A stretch of 64,000 bases of DNA from an uncultured Verrucomicrobiae bacterium (GTDB taxonomy: Bacteria > Verrucomicrobiota > Verrucomicrobiia > Limisphaerales > Palsa-1400): assembly GCA_963707025.1 (NCBI GenBank), contig CAVPOM010000004.1, forward strand, positions 416,001 to 480,000, given 5' to 3'. Below are positions 19,715 through 28,443 of the stretch, piece after piece. The notes beneath the pieces were generated by a model. The model was not told the DNA's origin, made no database searches, and worked only from the letters and a program-made list of their open reading frames with translations. Numbering within the stretch: position 1 is the first letter of the stretch; every line of letters starts with the position of its first letter. The position numbers and the translations under genes were made by a program.

Positions 19715-21202
19715 ATGCCCGACACCCCCTTCTTCCCGGCCTGGCGGCCCCGTCTGGCGGCGGCGGGCCGCCGCTGTGCCCACAGCCTGGCGCGCCTCCG
19801 TCACGCCACCTTGAGTCAGATCGAGGACCGCCTGGCTCCCGCCTTGCCCACCGACCTCCTGCGAAAACCGGCCGCCGGCGACTACTCCCGCGAGCAGGTT
19901 TACACTCTGGTTCGCACCTGGTGGTGCTGGGTCTGGCCAGTCTTCCAAGCCAACACTTCCTGCCGCCACGTCGTCCTTCAGGTGCAGGCCCTGCTGGCCT
20001 TGGTCCAAGGCCCGGAACCGGAGCCGGACAGCAGCGCCTATTGCCAGGCCCGCGCCAAACTCCCCCTGGCCTTGCTGGAGCAAGCCTTCGCGGCCAGCGC
20101 CGACAGCGCCGAAAAGCGCGCCCCGGCCAGTACGCTGCTACAGGGCCGCCCGTTGAAAGCGGTCGATGGCAGCGGCACCCACCTGCCCGACACCCCGGCC
20201 AATCGGGCGGCCTTTCCCCCCAGCCAAAGCCTGCAGCCCGGCGGCGGCTTTCCCCACCTGCGCGTGGTGGCTCTGTTCTCCGCCGCCAGCGGCGCCCTTT
20301 TGGCCAAAGCCACCGGCAGCCTGCGCTCCTCCGAACTGGCTCTGTTTCTCCACGGCTTGCGCTCGGCTTTGCACCCCGGCGACATCCTCTTGGGCGACCG
20401 CGCCTATGGGGTTTATATTATCGCCGCCGTCCTCCAACTCCTGGGCGTGGATTTGCTCGCGCGGGTCTCCGTGCGCAACCGCAAGGTGGATTTCCGCCAG
20501 GCCCGCCAACGCCTGGGTCACTGGGACGCGCTCTTTACCTGGTCCAAACCCGGCCGGCCTTCGCCCCTGCTTTCGTTCCTGGAATGGCTCGGACTGCCGC
20601 CGCAGATCACGGTGCGGGTGCTGCGCGCGCGCCTGAGCCGGGCCGGCTTCCGCACCCGCCACCTGACCCTGGTCACGACCCTGTTGGATGCGGCGCTTTT
20701 TCCAGCGGAGGAACTGGCGGCCGCTTATGCCCGGCGCTGGCGCATGGAACTGTGCCTGGATGATCTCAAAACCACCCTGGGCATGCAGAGCCTGCATTGC
20801 CTCTGTCCCCGCATGGTGGAGAAAGAACTCCTGCTCTTCCTCACCGCCCATAATTTCCTGCGCTGGATCATGGCCGAAGCCGCGCAAAGCCAGAACGTGG
20901 ACTTGGATCGGATCAGTTTCAAAGGCAGCCTGGACGCCTTCCGGCAATGGACGCAGGCACTGGCACAACTCGGACACGCCCGGAACAAAGGGGGACGGCG
21001 CCGCCAATTATGGCAGCGGCTGCTCCGAAGGCTGGCGACCGATCTGGTGCCCAGGCGTCCGGGAAGAGCGGAGCCGCGCGCTGTCAAGAAACGATCCAAA
21101 TACCCCCATTTGAACAAATCGCGGCATCAATACCGCCAGCCCTGGAGCCGCAATAAACGCCGCCGTCTGGCCCGGGCCAAAAGAAAGGCTTCCCTTATTT
21201 AA
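19715..21202 (+). CDS. IS4 family DDE transposase
   Basis: AVDGS, LGDRAY, YARRWRMELCLDDLK (Y-R-E-K), PRRPGRAEPRAVKKR. Confidence 0.92.
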   Translation: MPDTPFFPAWRPRLAAAGRRCAHSLARLRHATLSQIEDRLAPALPTDLLRKPAAGDYSREQVYTLVRTWWCWVWPVFQANTSCRHVVLQVQALLALVQGPEPEPDSSAYCQARAKLPLALLEQAFAASADSAEKRAPASTLLQGRPLKAVDGSGTHLPDTPANRAAFPPSQSLQPGGGFPHLRVVALFSAASGALLAKATGSLRSSELALFLHGLRSALHPGDILLGDRAYGVYIIAAVLQLLGVDLLARVSVRNRKVDFRQARQRLGHWDALFTWSKPGRPSPLLSFLEWLGLPPQITVRVLRARLSRAGFRTRHLTLVTTLLDAALFPAEELAAAYARRWRMELCLDDLKTTLGMQSLHCLCPRMVEKELLLFLTAHNFLRWIMAEAAQSQNVDLDRISFKGSLDAFRQWTQALAQLGHARNKGGRRRQLWQRLLRRLATDLVPRRPGRAEPRAVKKRSKYPHLNKSRHQYRQPWSRNKRRRLARAKRKASLI

Positions 21203-21446
21203 GCGCCATTCCCCGTCCTCGGGCGCAGCAGCGCGGGAAACACGGCGCGCCGGTAATCTTCCTGCGCACCCAAAAAATCCCCGGCTTGCTGCCGCCGGGG
21301 ACGGCCGCACTCCGCCAGCAACAGTGTCAAGCTGCGCCCCCCGCTGCGCGGGGAGAAAGCAGATTGGCTTGCTCATCGGGTTATTTCTTGAAAAGAGAAG
21401 AGATAGCGCGCATCCATCCTTTTGCACCGCCTCATATATGACGCAA

Positions 21447-22518
21447 ATGAAACTTGGCCTGGGTTTATATCGTCACGCCCTTACCCGCGATAATTTTCAG
21501 TTTGCGCGCCAGGCGGGGGCCACGCATATCGTCGCCCATCTGGTGGATTACTTTCACGGTGGCGGGCAGAACCCGCGCGACAATCAACCCACCGGCACCG
21601 AACAGGGCTGGGGGCGGGCGGGCGACCCCAATCGTCTCTGGTCTCTGGAGGAATTGGTGTCGTTGCGCCAGGAAATCCAGGCTGCCGGCCTGGAGCTGGA
21701 GGCCATCGAGAATTTTGACCCCGCTCACTGGCACGACATCCTGCTCGACGGCCCCAGGAAGAAGCAACAGATGGAGAACGTCAAAACGATTATCCGGCGT
21801 CTCGGCCAGGCCGGCATCCCGATCATGGGCTACAATTTCAGCATCGCCGGAGTTTGCGGGCGCACGAGCGCGCCTTACGCGCGGGGCGGCGCGGAATCCG
21901 TCGGCATGGAAGGCCCGCTCGACACGCCGATGCCCAAAGGGATGGTTTGGAACATGATTTATGACCCGGATGCGCCGGAGGGCTGCGTGCCCGCTGTTAG
22001 TCCGGAGGAACTTTGGCGGAGATTCAGCGAGTTTTTGCGTGAAATCACCCCCATCGCCGCCGAGTCCGGCGTCCGGCTGGCGGCGCATCCCGATGATCCC
22101 CCCTTGCCGACCCTGCGCGGCCAGCCCCGCCTGGTTTATCAGCCGCAGCATTATCAGCGTTTGCTGGACCTGGTGCCCAGCCCGGCCAACGCGCTGGAGT
22201 TCTGCCTTGGCTCGCTGGCGGAAATGACGGAGGGCGACCTTTACGAAACGGTGGATCGCTGCAGCCGGCAAGGGCGCATTGCCTACGTCCATTTCCGCAA
22301 TGTCCGCGGCAAAGCGCCGTTCTATCGGGAAACTTTTGTGGATGAGGGTGATGTGGATATGTTGCGGGTGCTGCGCATCCTGAAGAACAACCAATATGAC
22401 GGTGTGCTCATACCCGACCATACTCCGCAAATGCGGTGTGGCGCGCCCTGGCATGCCCGGCATGGCCTTCGCGCTGGGCTATATGCGCGCCGGCTTGCAG
22501 TGGATTGGCCGGGAATAG
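21447..22518 (+). CDS. uxuA: mannonate dehydratase; frameshift near 22460 (true end GMAFALGYMRA...)
   Basis: IMGYNFS, RLAAHPDDPP, EFCLGS, YVHFRNVRG, ETFVDEGDVDM, LIPDHTP. Confidence 0.85.
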
Positions 22519-22643
22519 ATTGGGCGCGCGCCATTTCCGGAATTTACCCGAAATCGCCAAAAATATGTTATTGATAACCAGCAGGTTACATCAATTCTAA
22601 TCCCCCTGAAGATATTTTTACTGGACATTTTGTGCGATCTCAT

Positions 22644-22664
22644 TTAGTTTTGCCTCCGAACTAA
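22644..22664. promoter_or_regulatory. ROK-type operator candidate
   Basis: TTAGTT-N9-AACTAA palindrome upstream of ROK gene. Confidence 0.6.
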
Positions 22665-22696
22665 TCCACAGCGAAAAAAATGCTCACGGCATTGTC

Positions 22697-23908
22697 ATGC
22701 GCAAAATTGATCTAAACAATTTTCAGGTGGCGACCAGTGAAACGATTCGCGACATCAACAGCCGCATCGTTCTCAACTTGGTGCGCAAACATCAACCGGT
22801 TTCGCGGGCGGATTTGATGCGCTTCTCCGGTTTGCAGCGCAGCACTGTTTCGGCCATCGCCGAGCGGCTTCTGGCTGACAATTGGTTGAAGGAAGGGGCC
22901 CTGGGTGATTTGCCGCGGGGCCGCAAACCGACTTATCTGCACCTCAACGCCGAGCGCTGCGGGGTGATTGGCGTGGACGTGCAGCCGGCGGCCACGACCA
23001 TGGCCGTGGCCAGCACGGAGGCGGAGTTGTTGGCCCAGGAATCCATGCCGACGCCCAAAGATCCTGCCGAGTTTATTTCCCGTTTAAGCCGCCGGGTGAA
23101 GGATTTGATCCGGGCCCATCCCAAAAGCTCCTACGAAGGGGTCGGAGTCAGCCTGCCCGGGCGGATAGACGCGATGACCGACCGGCTGATTTTTGCCCCG
23201 ACCCTGGGGTGGAATGACCTGAACCTGAAAACGCCGCTCGAACAGGCCATCGGACTGCCGGTGAAACTGGAAAACTCCGCCAACGCCTGCGCGCTGGCTG
23301 AATTATGGTCGGGGCGGCTGACGGAGGGCGCGGGCAATGTGGTGGCGGTGACCGTTTCGGATGACATCGGAGTGGGCATGATCATGAACGGCCAACTGAT
23401 CCGCGGCTCGACGGGCATGGCCGGGGAGTTTGGGCATGTGGCGCAAATGCCGGGCGGCCCCAAGTGCAGTTGCGGCAACAGCGGATGCTGGGAAGCGCTG
23501 GCCTCCAACGCCGCCGCGGTGCGCTATTACGCGGAGGCCACTTCCGTTCCCAAAGGCGAGATCGGCTCCAAAAGCGACATGGCGCGGGTCCCCTTCGCGG
23601 ACATTCTGCGGCTGGTCGAACAAGGGGACCCCAAAGCTGGCCGGGCCTTGCACCGCATGGCGCACCATTTGGGCGTCGGCATTGCCATGCTGGCGACCGG
23701 TCTGGCGCCCGATGTGCTGGTCGTGGTGGGAGAAGTGACGCGGGCCTGGGAAAAGGTTGAGCCGGTCGTGGCGGCGGCGGTGCGGCGGCGGCTGTCGGCG
23801 CGCGCCTCCATCCGGATTGTGGCGGGCGATGCGGAGTTGCAGCCGCGGCTGCGGGGCACCATCGCGCTGGTTCTACAGCAACACTTTGTCGCTCCTTCCA
23901 TCGCATGA
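22697..23908 (+). CDS. ROK family transcriptional regulator (XylR/NagC-like)
   Basis: N-terminal HTH VSRADLMRFSGLQRSTVS, GRKP, ENSANACALAE, AGEFGH, CSCGNSGCWE. Confidence 0.92.
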   Translation: MRKIDLNNFQVATSETIRDINSRIVLNLVRKHQPVSRADLMRFSGLQRSTVSAIAERLLADNWLKEGALGDLPRGRKPTYLHLNAERCGVIGVDVQPAATTMAVASTEAELLAQESMPTPKDPAEFISRLSRRVKDLIRAHPKSSYEGVGVSLPGRIDAMTDRLIFAPTLGWNDLNLKTPLEQAIGLPVKLENSANACALAELWSGRLTEGAGNVVAVTVSDDIGVGMIMNGQLIRGSTGMAGEFGHVAQMPGGPKCSCGNSGCWEALASNAAAVRYYAEATSVPKGEIGSKSDMARVPFADILRLVEQGDPKAGRALHRMAHHLGVGIAMLATGLAPDVLVVVGEVTRAWEKVEPVVAAAVRRRLSARASIRIVAGDAELQPRLRGTIALVLQQHFVAPSIA

Positions 23909-23946
23909 TCACAACAAGACAAACTAATGCTGCGGCATGTGCAGAT

Positions 23947-23967
23947 ATAGTTCGCAAACCGAACTAA
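23947..23967. promoter_or_regulatory. ROK-type operator candidate
   Basis: TAGTTCG-N5-CGAACTA palindrome upstream of AraC gene. Confidence 0.65.
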
Positions 23968-23986
23968 TTCACTTTGAGGACATCCG

Positions 23987-24598
23987 ATGAAGAATGACGC
24001 CATAGGATACGCCGGCACGGACCTTCCCAGCCTGACCGTGCTGGCCGCCCTGGGCGCCGGGCGGCGTCAGGAGGAAGATGAGCGGAGGCCAACCCGGGCC
24101 AGATCGGCAGGCGCGCGCAAAATCGAGCAGAGCATTGATTACATGATGCAGCACCTCAACCAGCCGCTGCAAGTGGCCGAGTTGGCGGAAGCGGCCCACA
24201 CCTCCCCGTCCCATTTCTTCGTGCTCTTCAAGCGCTGGGCCGGGCTTTCACCCATTGACTATTTCATCCGCTTGCGCATGCGGCAGGCCTGCCACTTGCT
24301 GGCGGCCACGCCCATGAGCGTCAAGGAGGTGGCGGCGGTTCTGGGTTACGACGATCCTTTTTATTTCTCCCGCCTCTTCAAATCCGTCAACGGCACGCCT
24401 CCCACCGATTACCGGCTGCGGATGGAAATATCGGACCCGGGGCAAAACCCGGGCGGGAGGCCGCGAGCAGTGGAAGAGGTGTCGTTGCCCCGGCTTCCGC
24501 TGGCACAACATTTCCCACAAAATGGCGGCGGTGTGGAGACGGCGCACGAAGATCAAGGCAAGCTCCAGCCCGCCCGCAGGATGGTGTCATTGCGTTGA
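23987..24598 (+). CDS. AraC family regulator, essentially DNA-binding domain only
   Basis: LQVAELAEAAHTSPSHF...SVKEVAAVLGYDDPFYFSRLFK...PPTDYR. Confidence 0.88.
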   Translation: MKNDAIGYAGTDLPSLTVLAALGAGRRQEEDERRPTRARSAGARKIEQSIDYMMQHLNQPLQVAELAEAAHTSPSHFFVLFKRWAGLSPIDYFIRLRMRQACHLLAATPMSVKEVAAVLGYDDPFYFSRLFKSVNGTPPTDYRLRMEISDPGQNPGGRPRAVEEVSLPRLPLAQHFPQNGGGVETAHEDQGKLQPARRMVSLR

Positions 24599-24617
24599 GG
24601 AAAACCCATAAAATAAC

Positions 24618-25442
24618 ATGAAAGCTATGAACCGAATCTCATCCCCACTGCAAAAAAACAGGCGCGGTGGTTTCACCCTGATCGAATTGCTGGTGGTCAT
24701 TGCCATCATTGCCATTTTGGCCGCGCTGCTCCTGCCGGCCCTGGCCAAGGCCAAGGTCATGGCCAATCGCACCACCTGCAAGAGCAACGAGAAACAACAA
24801 GTCCTGGCGCTGAACATGTACGCAGGAGAGAACCGCGACAACCTTCCCATCAGCGACGCGGGCTATTGGGCGCATGACATGAGCAGCAACATCTGTCAGG
24901 CCATGAACGCCAATGGCGCCACCTACAAGATTTGGTATGATCCCACCGACCGCGGGGATTCGTCCGCCAATCTCCTGCAGGAATGGACCAACTGGGAATT
25001 CCTCGGTTATGCGCAGGTGGGCTATGCTCAAACTTTCCCCGGCACGGCTTCCTACTCCCAATACGGGAATTGGAAATTTCAGACCAATCTGAATTTTAAA
25101 CTGGGTGCCAGTTCGATTACCATCCCGTCGGGAGTGATGAGTCCTCCGAGTCTTACCTTCCCAATTTCCGCCGCCAGCCGCCCGCAGGTGGCGTGCGAAA
25201 TGCTCACCACCGCGAATGGCAGCCCTCCCCCCAGTGTCATAACCCCAACTGTTTTGAACAGCTACCCTTGGATTGGGCTTATTGGGCAGTACACATATAC
25301 CACTTCCCACATGGCCAATGCGACTACTCCCGCCGGCATCAATATCGGAATGCTGGACGGCCACGTCGAATGGCGCTCTTTTAGTTCCATAAACATTCAG
25401 CCCCGGGCGGGCGATGGCACGGCGCCGGTGTACTTTTACTGA
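24618..25442 (+). CDS. prepilin-type N-terminal cleavage/methylation protein with H-X-DG C-terminal motif
   Basis: [29 protein letters not shown]...[13 protein letters not shown]. Confidence 0.9.
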   Translation: MKAMNRISSPLQKNRRGGFTLIELLVVIAIIAILAALLLPALAKAKVMANRTTCKSNEKQQVLALNMYAGENRDNLPISDAGYWAHDMSSNICQAMNANGATYKIWYDPTDRGDSSANLLQEWTNWEFLGYAQVGYAQTFPGTASYSQYGNWKFQTNLNFKLGASSITIPSGVMSPPSLTFPISAASRPQVACEMLTTANGSPPPSVITPTVLNSYPWIGLIGQYTYTTSHMANATTPAGINIGMLDGHVEWRSFSSINIQPRAGDGTAPVYFY

Positions 25443-25467
25443 CGGCGGATGTGGCCCAGGCCATCAG

Positions 25468-25500
25468 AGGATTCTCCATGAAAACAATAGTTTTGTCCAT
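25468..25500 (+). promoter_or_regulatory. 21-bp-period tandem repeat (AraC-type site candidate)
   Basis: ATTCTCCAT at 25471 and TTTGTCCAT at 25492. Confidence 0.55.
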
Positions 25501-25606
25501 TCCATTGCCACCCGTTTATTGGCAGAATTAGAGCAATCAACATTCCACTGGCAACGGTTGCGGCGCTTTGCTGTCGCCCCATGCCCTCGAAAAAATAGCT
25601 GATGAT

Positions 25607-25627
25607 TTTGTTCGCGGCCAAAACTAA
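25607..25627. promoter_or_regulatory. ROK-type operator candidate
   Basis: TTTGTTCGCGGCCAAAACTAA, near match to the two other sites. Confidence 0.5.
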
Positions 25628-25780
25628 TCGGCTGACCGAAAAACGAAAACCCGGACAGTCTAAATATTGAGACCACCACCAAAGATGAAACACCCGGATC
25701 AATTTTGGCCATGAAACGATTTTGAAGGACAGCCCCTCTCCTCCAGCCTGCAACCAAATAAAAAAGCAAATAAAATCCCT

Positions 25781-28360
25781 ATGAAAAAGCAAATCATGCA
25801 GTGTCTGTCGTTCGCCCTGACAGCCCTGGGCATAATGTTGATGGGCGCCGCGGCGCGAGCCGACATCAACGGAAGCAGTACGACACAAACGACCAACGCT
25901 TGGCCGAGCGAGGCGAATCCAATCATTTACAGCACAGCGCCGCTGGCGACGTTTGCCGGCACCACCAGCCTGACCGCGGACGGAACACCCACGCCCGCAA
26001 CGGGGGCGCTGGCAAACGCGTTGGGCGAGCTAATCACCATATCCAACACCGCGGGGACTTTGGGAGGCATTGCGGGACCCGGCGCCGGGACCAACTATGT
26101 CCTGACGGGCATTGCCATGCTGGTTTCGGGCTACAGCGCGACCGTGCCATGCACCCTGCATATTTACGACGTGACCAGCAATTTGACCGCCAGCAGCGGG
26201 AACCCGCTTCAGGTCGCCTCCGGCAGTTTCAAAGCGGCGACGCCATTGCCGGTGGGGGATCTTTTGGGCGAGAATCAGGGATTGGAATTCACCAATGCGG
26301 CCGCCGCAGGGGCGGAACATATCCTTTATTTGGGCCTGATGAACGGGCCGAACACGTATGGCGACGAAGTGATACTCGCATCCAACCACACCTACGCCAT
26401 AGTCGTGTCGGTGCCAACCGCAGCCGCTCCGGGCGGCGCGGGTGGATTTGATTGGTTCAAGAGCGCCACGGCGGACCTCGGCGGGCAGGCGATGGGCAGC
26501 GTGGACGCGCTGAATCCAAACCAGGCCTACCAGACCATCAACGCTTTGGGCCAGGCGGGCGGCGCACCCCGCACCTTCGCCCTGGCCCTTTACGGGGTGC
26601 CGGCGGCGACCAATCAGGCGCCCTCAGTCAATAACTCCACCAATGTGGTGGCGACGACGAATTACTGGATTGACCAGTTCAACGCCCTCTCCGTCTTGCC
26701 GGGAAACCCCTATTACACCAATGCGGCCAATCCCGCGGGGGTTGACTACAGCGCCGGTAACATCAGCGCCATCTGGGGGAATTGGTTCGGCCAAGCCGTG
26801 ACTTTTACGTGGGACAACACCCAGGATGCCCAAGGCAACCTGAACGGCGGGCTGGGCGGCTCGATGGTCGTTCAAACCACCTTCACCCAGGGCTCGCAGT
26901 TGGAGGCCTGGGATGGCGCCAGCGGCATCACTCCCAACTTGAATGGCGCGGCTCTTGGATTCACCACCTTCGAGTGTGATGTGATGTTTGACTCCAGCTC
27001 CGCCACTCAGACCAATTACACGACGGGCCTGGTGTATTTCGGCAACCTGCAGTTCGGACAACGCACGGCCCCGGCCTTTGGCCAGGATTATTTTCCGGGC
27101 GTCGTTCTCGTTCCCCAGGCCATGTCCAACCAGTGGGTTCACGTCAAGCTGAATCTCAACACGAGCGATCCGGCCTTAACCGACATCGCCGACATCCTCG
27201 TTCACATTTATGGGCCTTTTGGAAATGGAGGCACCAATGCCGATGATTTAATCGGGCCGGCCATGTTCTGGGTGGACAACATGAAGTTTAAAGGCCCGCT
27301 CGCCATTCCCCTGATCCCGCCCCCCTCGGTGAAAATCGCCAACACCACGCCGGGCGCGGCGCGGTTTTTCGCAGTGGCTCCACAATACACCCGCGTCATC
27401 CTTGCGACGACGGACACCAGCCAGTCCTGGATCGGCAGCAAAACCGACACGGGCGATCCCACGGCCCCATTTGCCTCTCCCGTGAGTTATTCTTTCACCC
27501 TCAGCCACATTGCCACCCAGCCCGGCGTTCAAACCGGCATTTGGCTGGTGCAAAACGACACCGGAACCTACAACGGACAAGATTACAGCGGGCCCACCGA
27601 ACTCTGGCTTGAGATTCTGGGCAACGGCGCCAACGGCGTCACAGGCAACGTGGCCTGGAAAGCCAACGATCCCGGCGCCAATCCCACCAACACCGTGCTC
27701 AATTTTACCAACACGGTTGGCGCAGGCACCTGGACGCTGACGTTCACCGGGGAAACCAACGGCACACTCATGGCCCCGGGTTGGACGACCGCCTCCAACT
27801 TCACCATCCCTGATCCCACTGTCGCGACCGATTTCGCCAATCCCTTGACGGCTGTTTTTGGAATGCAAGACAATAATGGCGCCGCCGTCGGGGCTTGGGA
27901 CGACTTCACGCAAATCAGCGTCACCAATGTGACCGGCGTGAACGAGCTGGACGTGTTCTCCCTGGACACGGCCATTGATTTGACGAACCAATGGACGGGT
28001 AAATACAACACCGGCACACCCACCGGCTATTATCAGATCACTAATGCCGCCGCCAATGGCGGGGCTGGTTTTACTTCGGCTTATCCCGCCAATCTGGCAA
28101 CCCCCATCGTCCTGGTGACGACCAACACCCCGTTCTGGATTACGTGGAATGTCACGACCAATGGGTACGGCTTGGCGGAAAGCACCAACGGCGTGTTGCC
28201 GATCACGTCACTGGTTTCGCCAGCCTCGCTCAGCGGATACATAGATGTGCAGCCACAACTTGTCCAGGCCGGCACGAACTGGGCCTTGATTCCGCTGGAT
28301 TGTCTCCCCGCGACAAACCAGGCTTTTTTCCGCGTGGTCAATCCGCCTCCACAGAATTAG
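25781..28360 (+). CDS. large secreted non-catalytic protein with putative carbohydrate-binding module
   Basis: Signal peptide; central domain homologous to N-terminus of adjacent GH30; C-terminal AFFRV motif. Confidence 0.8.
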   Translation: MKKQIMQCLSFALTALGIMLMGAAARADINGSSTTQTTNAWPSEANPIIYSTAPLATFAGTTSLTADGTPTPATGALANALGELITISNTAGTLGGIAGPGAGTNYVLTGIAMLVSGYSATVPCTLHIYDVTSNLTASSGNPLQVASGSFKAATPLPVGDLLGENQGLEFTNAAAAGAEHILYLGLMNGPNTYGDEVILASNHTYAIVVSVPTAAAPGGAGGFDWFKSATADLGGQAMGSVDALNPNQAYQTINALGQAGGAPRTFALALYGVPAATNQAPSVNNSTNVVATTNYWIDQFNALSVLPGNPYYTNAANPAGVDYSAGNISAIWGNWFGQAVTFTWDNTQDAQGNLNGGLGGSMVVQTTFTQGSQLEAWDGASGITPNLNGAALGFTTFECDVMFDSSSATQTNYTTGLVYFGNLQFGQRTAPAFGQDYFPGVVLVPQAMSNQWVHVKLNLNTSDPALTDIADILVHIYGPFGNGGTNADDLIGPAMFWVDNMKFKGPLAIPLIPPPSVKIANTTPGAARFFAVAPQYTRVILATTDTSQSWIGSKTDTGDPTAPFASPVSYSFTLSHIATQPGVQTGIWLVQNDTGTYNGQDYSGPTELWLEILGNGANGVTGNVAWKANDPGANPTNTVLNFTNTVGAGTWTLTFTGETNGTLMAPGWTTASNFTIPDPTVATDFANPLTAVFGMQDNNGAAVGAWDDFTQISVTNVTGVNELDVFSLDTAIDLTNQWTGKYNTGTPTGYYQITNAAANGGAGFTSAYPANLATPIVLVTTNTPFWITWNVTTNGYGLAESTNGVLPITSLVSPASLSGYIDVQPQLVQAGTNWALIPLDCLPATNQAFFRVVNPPPQN

Positions 28361-28385
28361 GGTAGGATTGGCTGAAAGGTTCCAG

Positions 28386-28417
28386 GAAGGCGTCGGGAAA
28401 CCGGCGCCTTCTTTTTT
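28386..28417 (+). terminator. intrinsic terminator
   Basis: GAAGGCGTCGG-GAAA-CCGGCGCCTTC hairpin followed by T6. Confidence 0.75.
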
Positions 28418-28443
28418 CGGTCGCGGTGTAAAGCAGAAAACTA

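Larger units (their letters stand above)
19309..21211 (+). mobile_element. complete IS4-family insertion sequence with passenger gene
   Basis: Perfect 18-bp IR GAATGGCGCTTAAATAAG (19309..19326, 21194..21211); 12-bp target duplication CCCGTCCTCGGG (19297..19308, 21212..21223). Confidence 0.92.
19243..21338. mobile_element. MITE/REP composite (about 181 bp when empty) disrupted by IS4
   Basis: Terminal IR GGCGCA(T/G)CTTGACACTG at 19243..19259 and 21322..21338 (16/17); internal GGAGTGCG...CGCACTCC REP pair. Confidence 0.65.

Noticed and set aside
1280..22470. Single frameshifts in URO-D (~1290), hypothetical (~2150), activation-domain gene (~11160) and uxuA (~22460) as phase variation
   Set aside because: They fall in short homopolymers typical of sequencing error and cannot be supported without reads.
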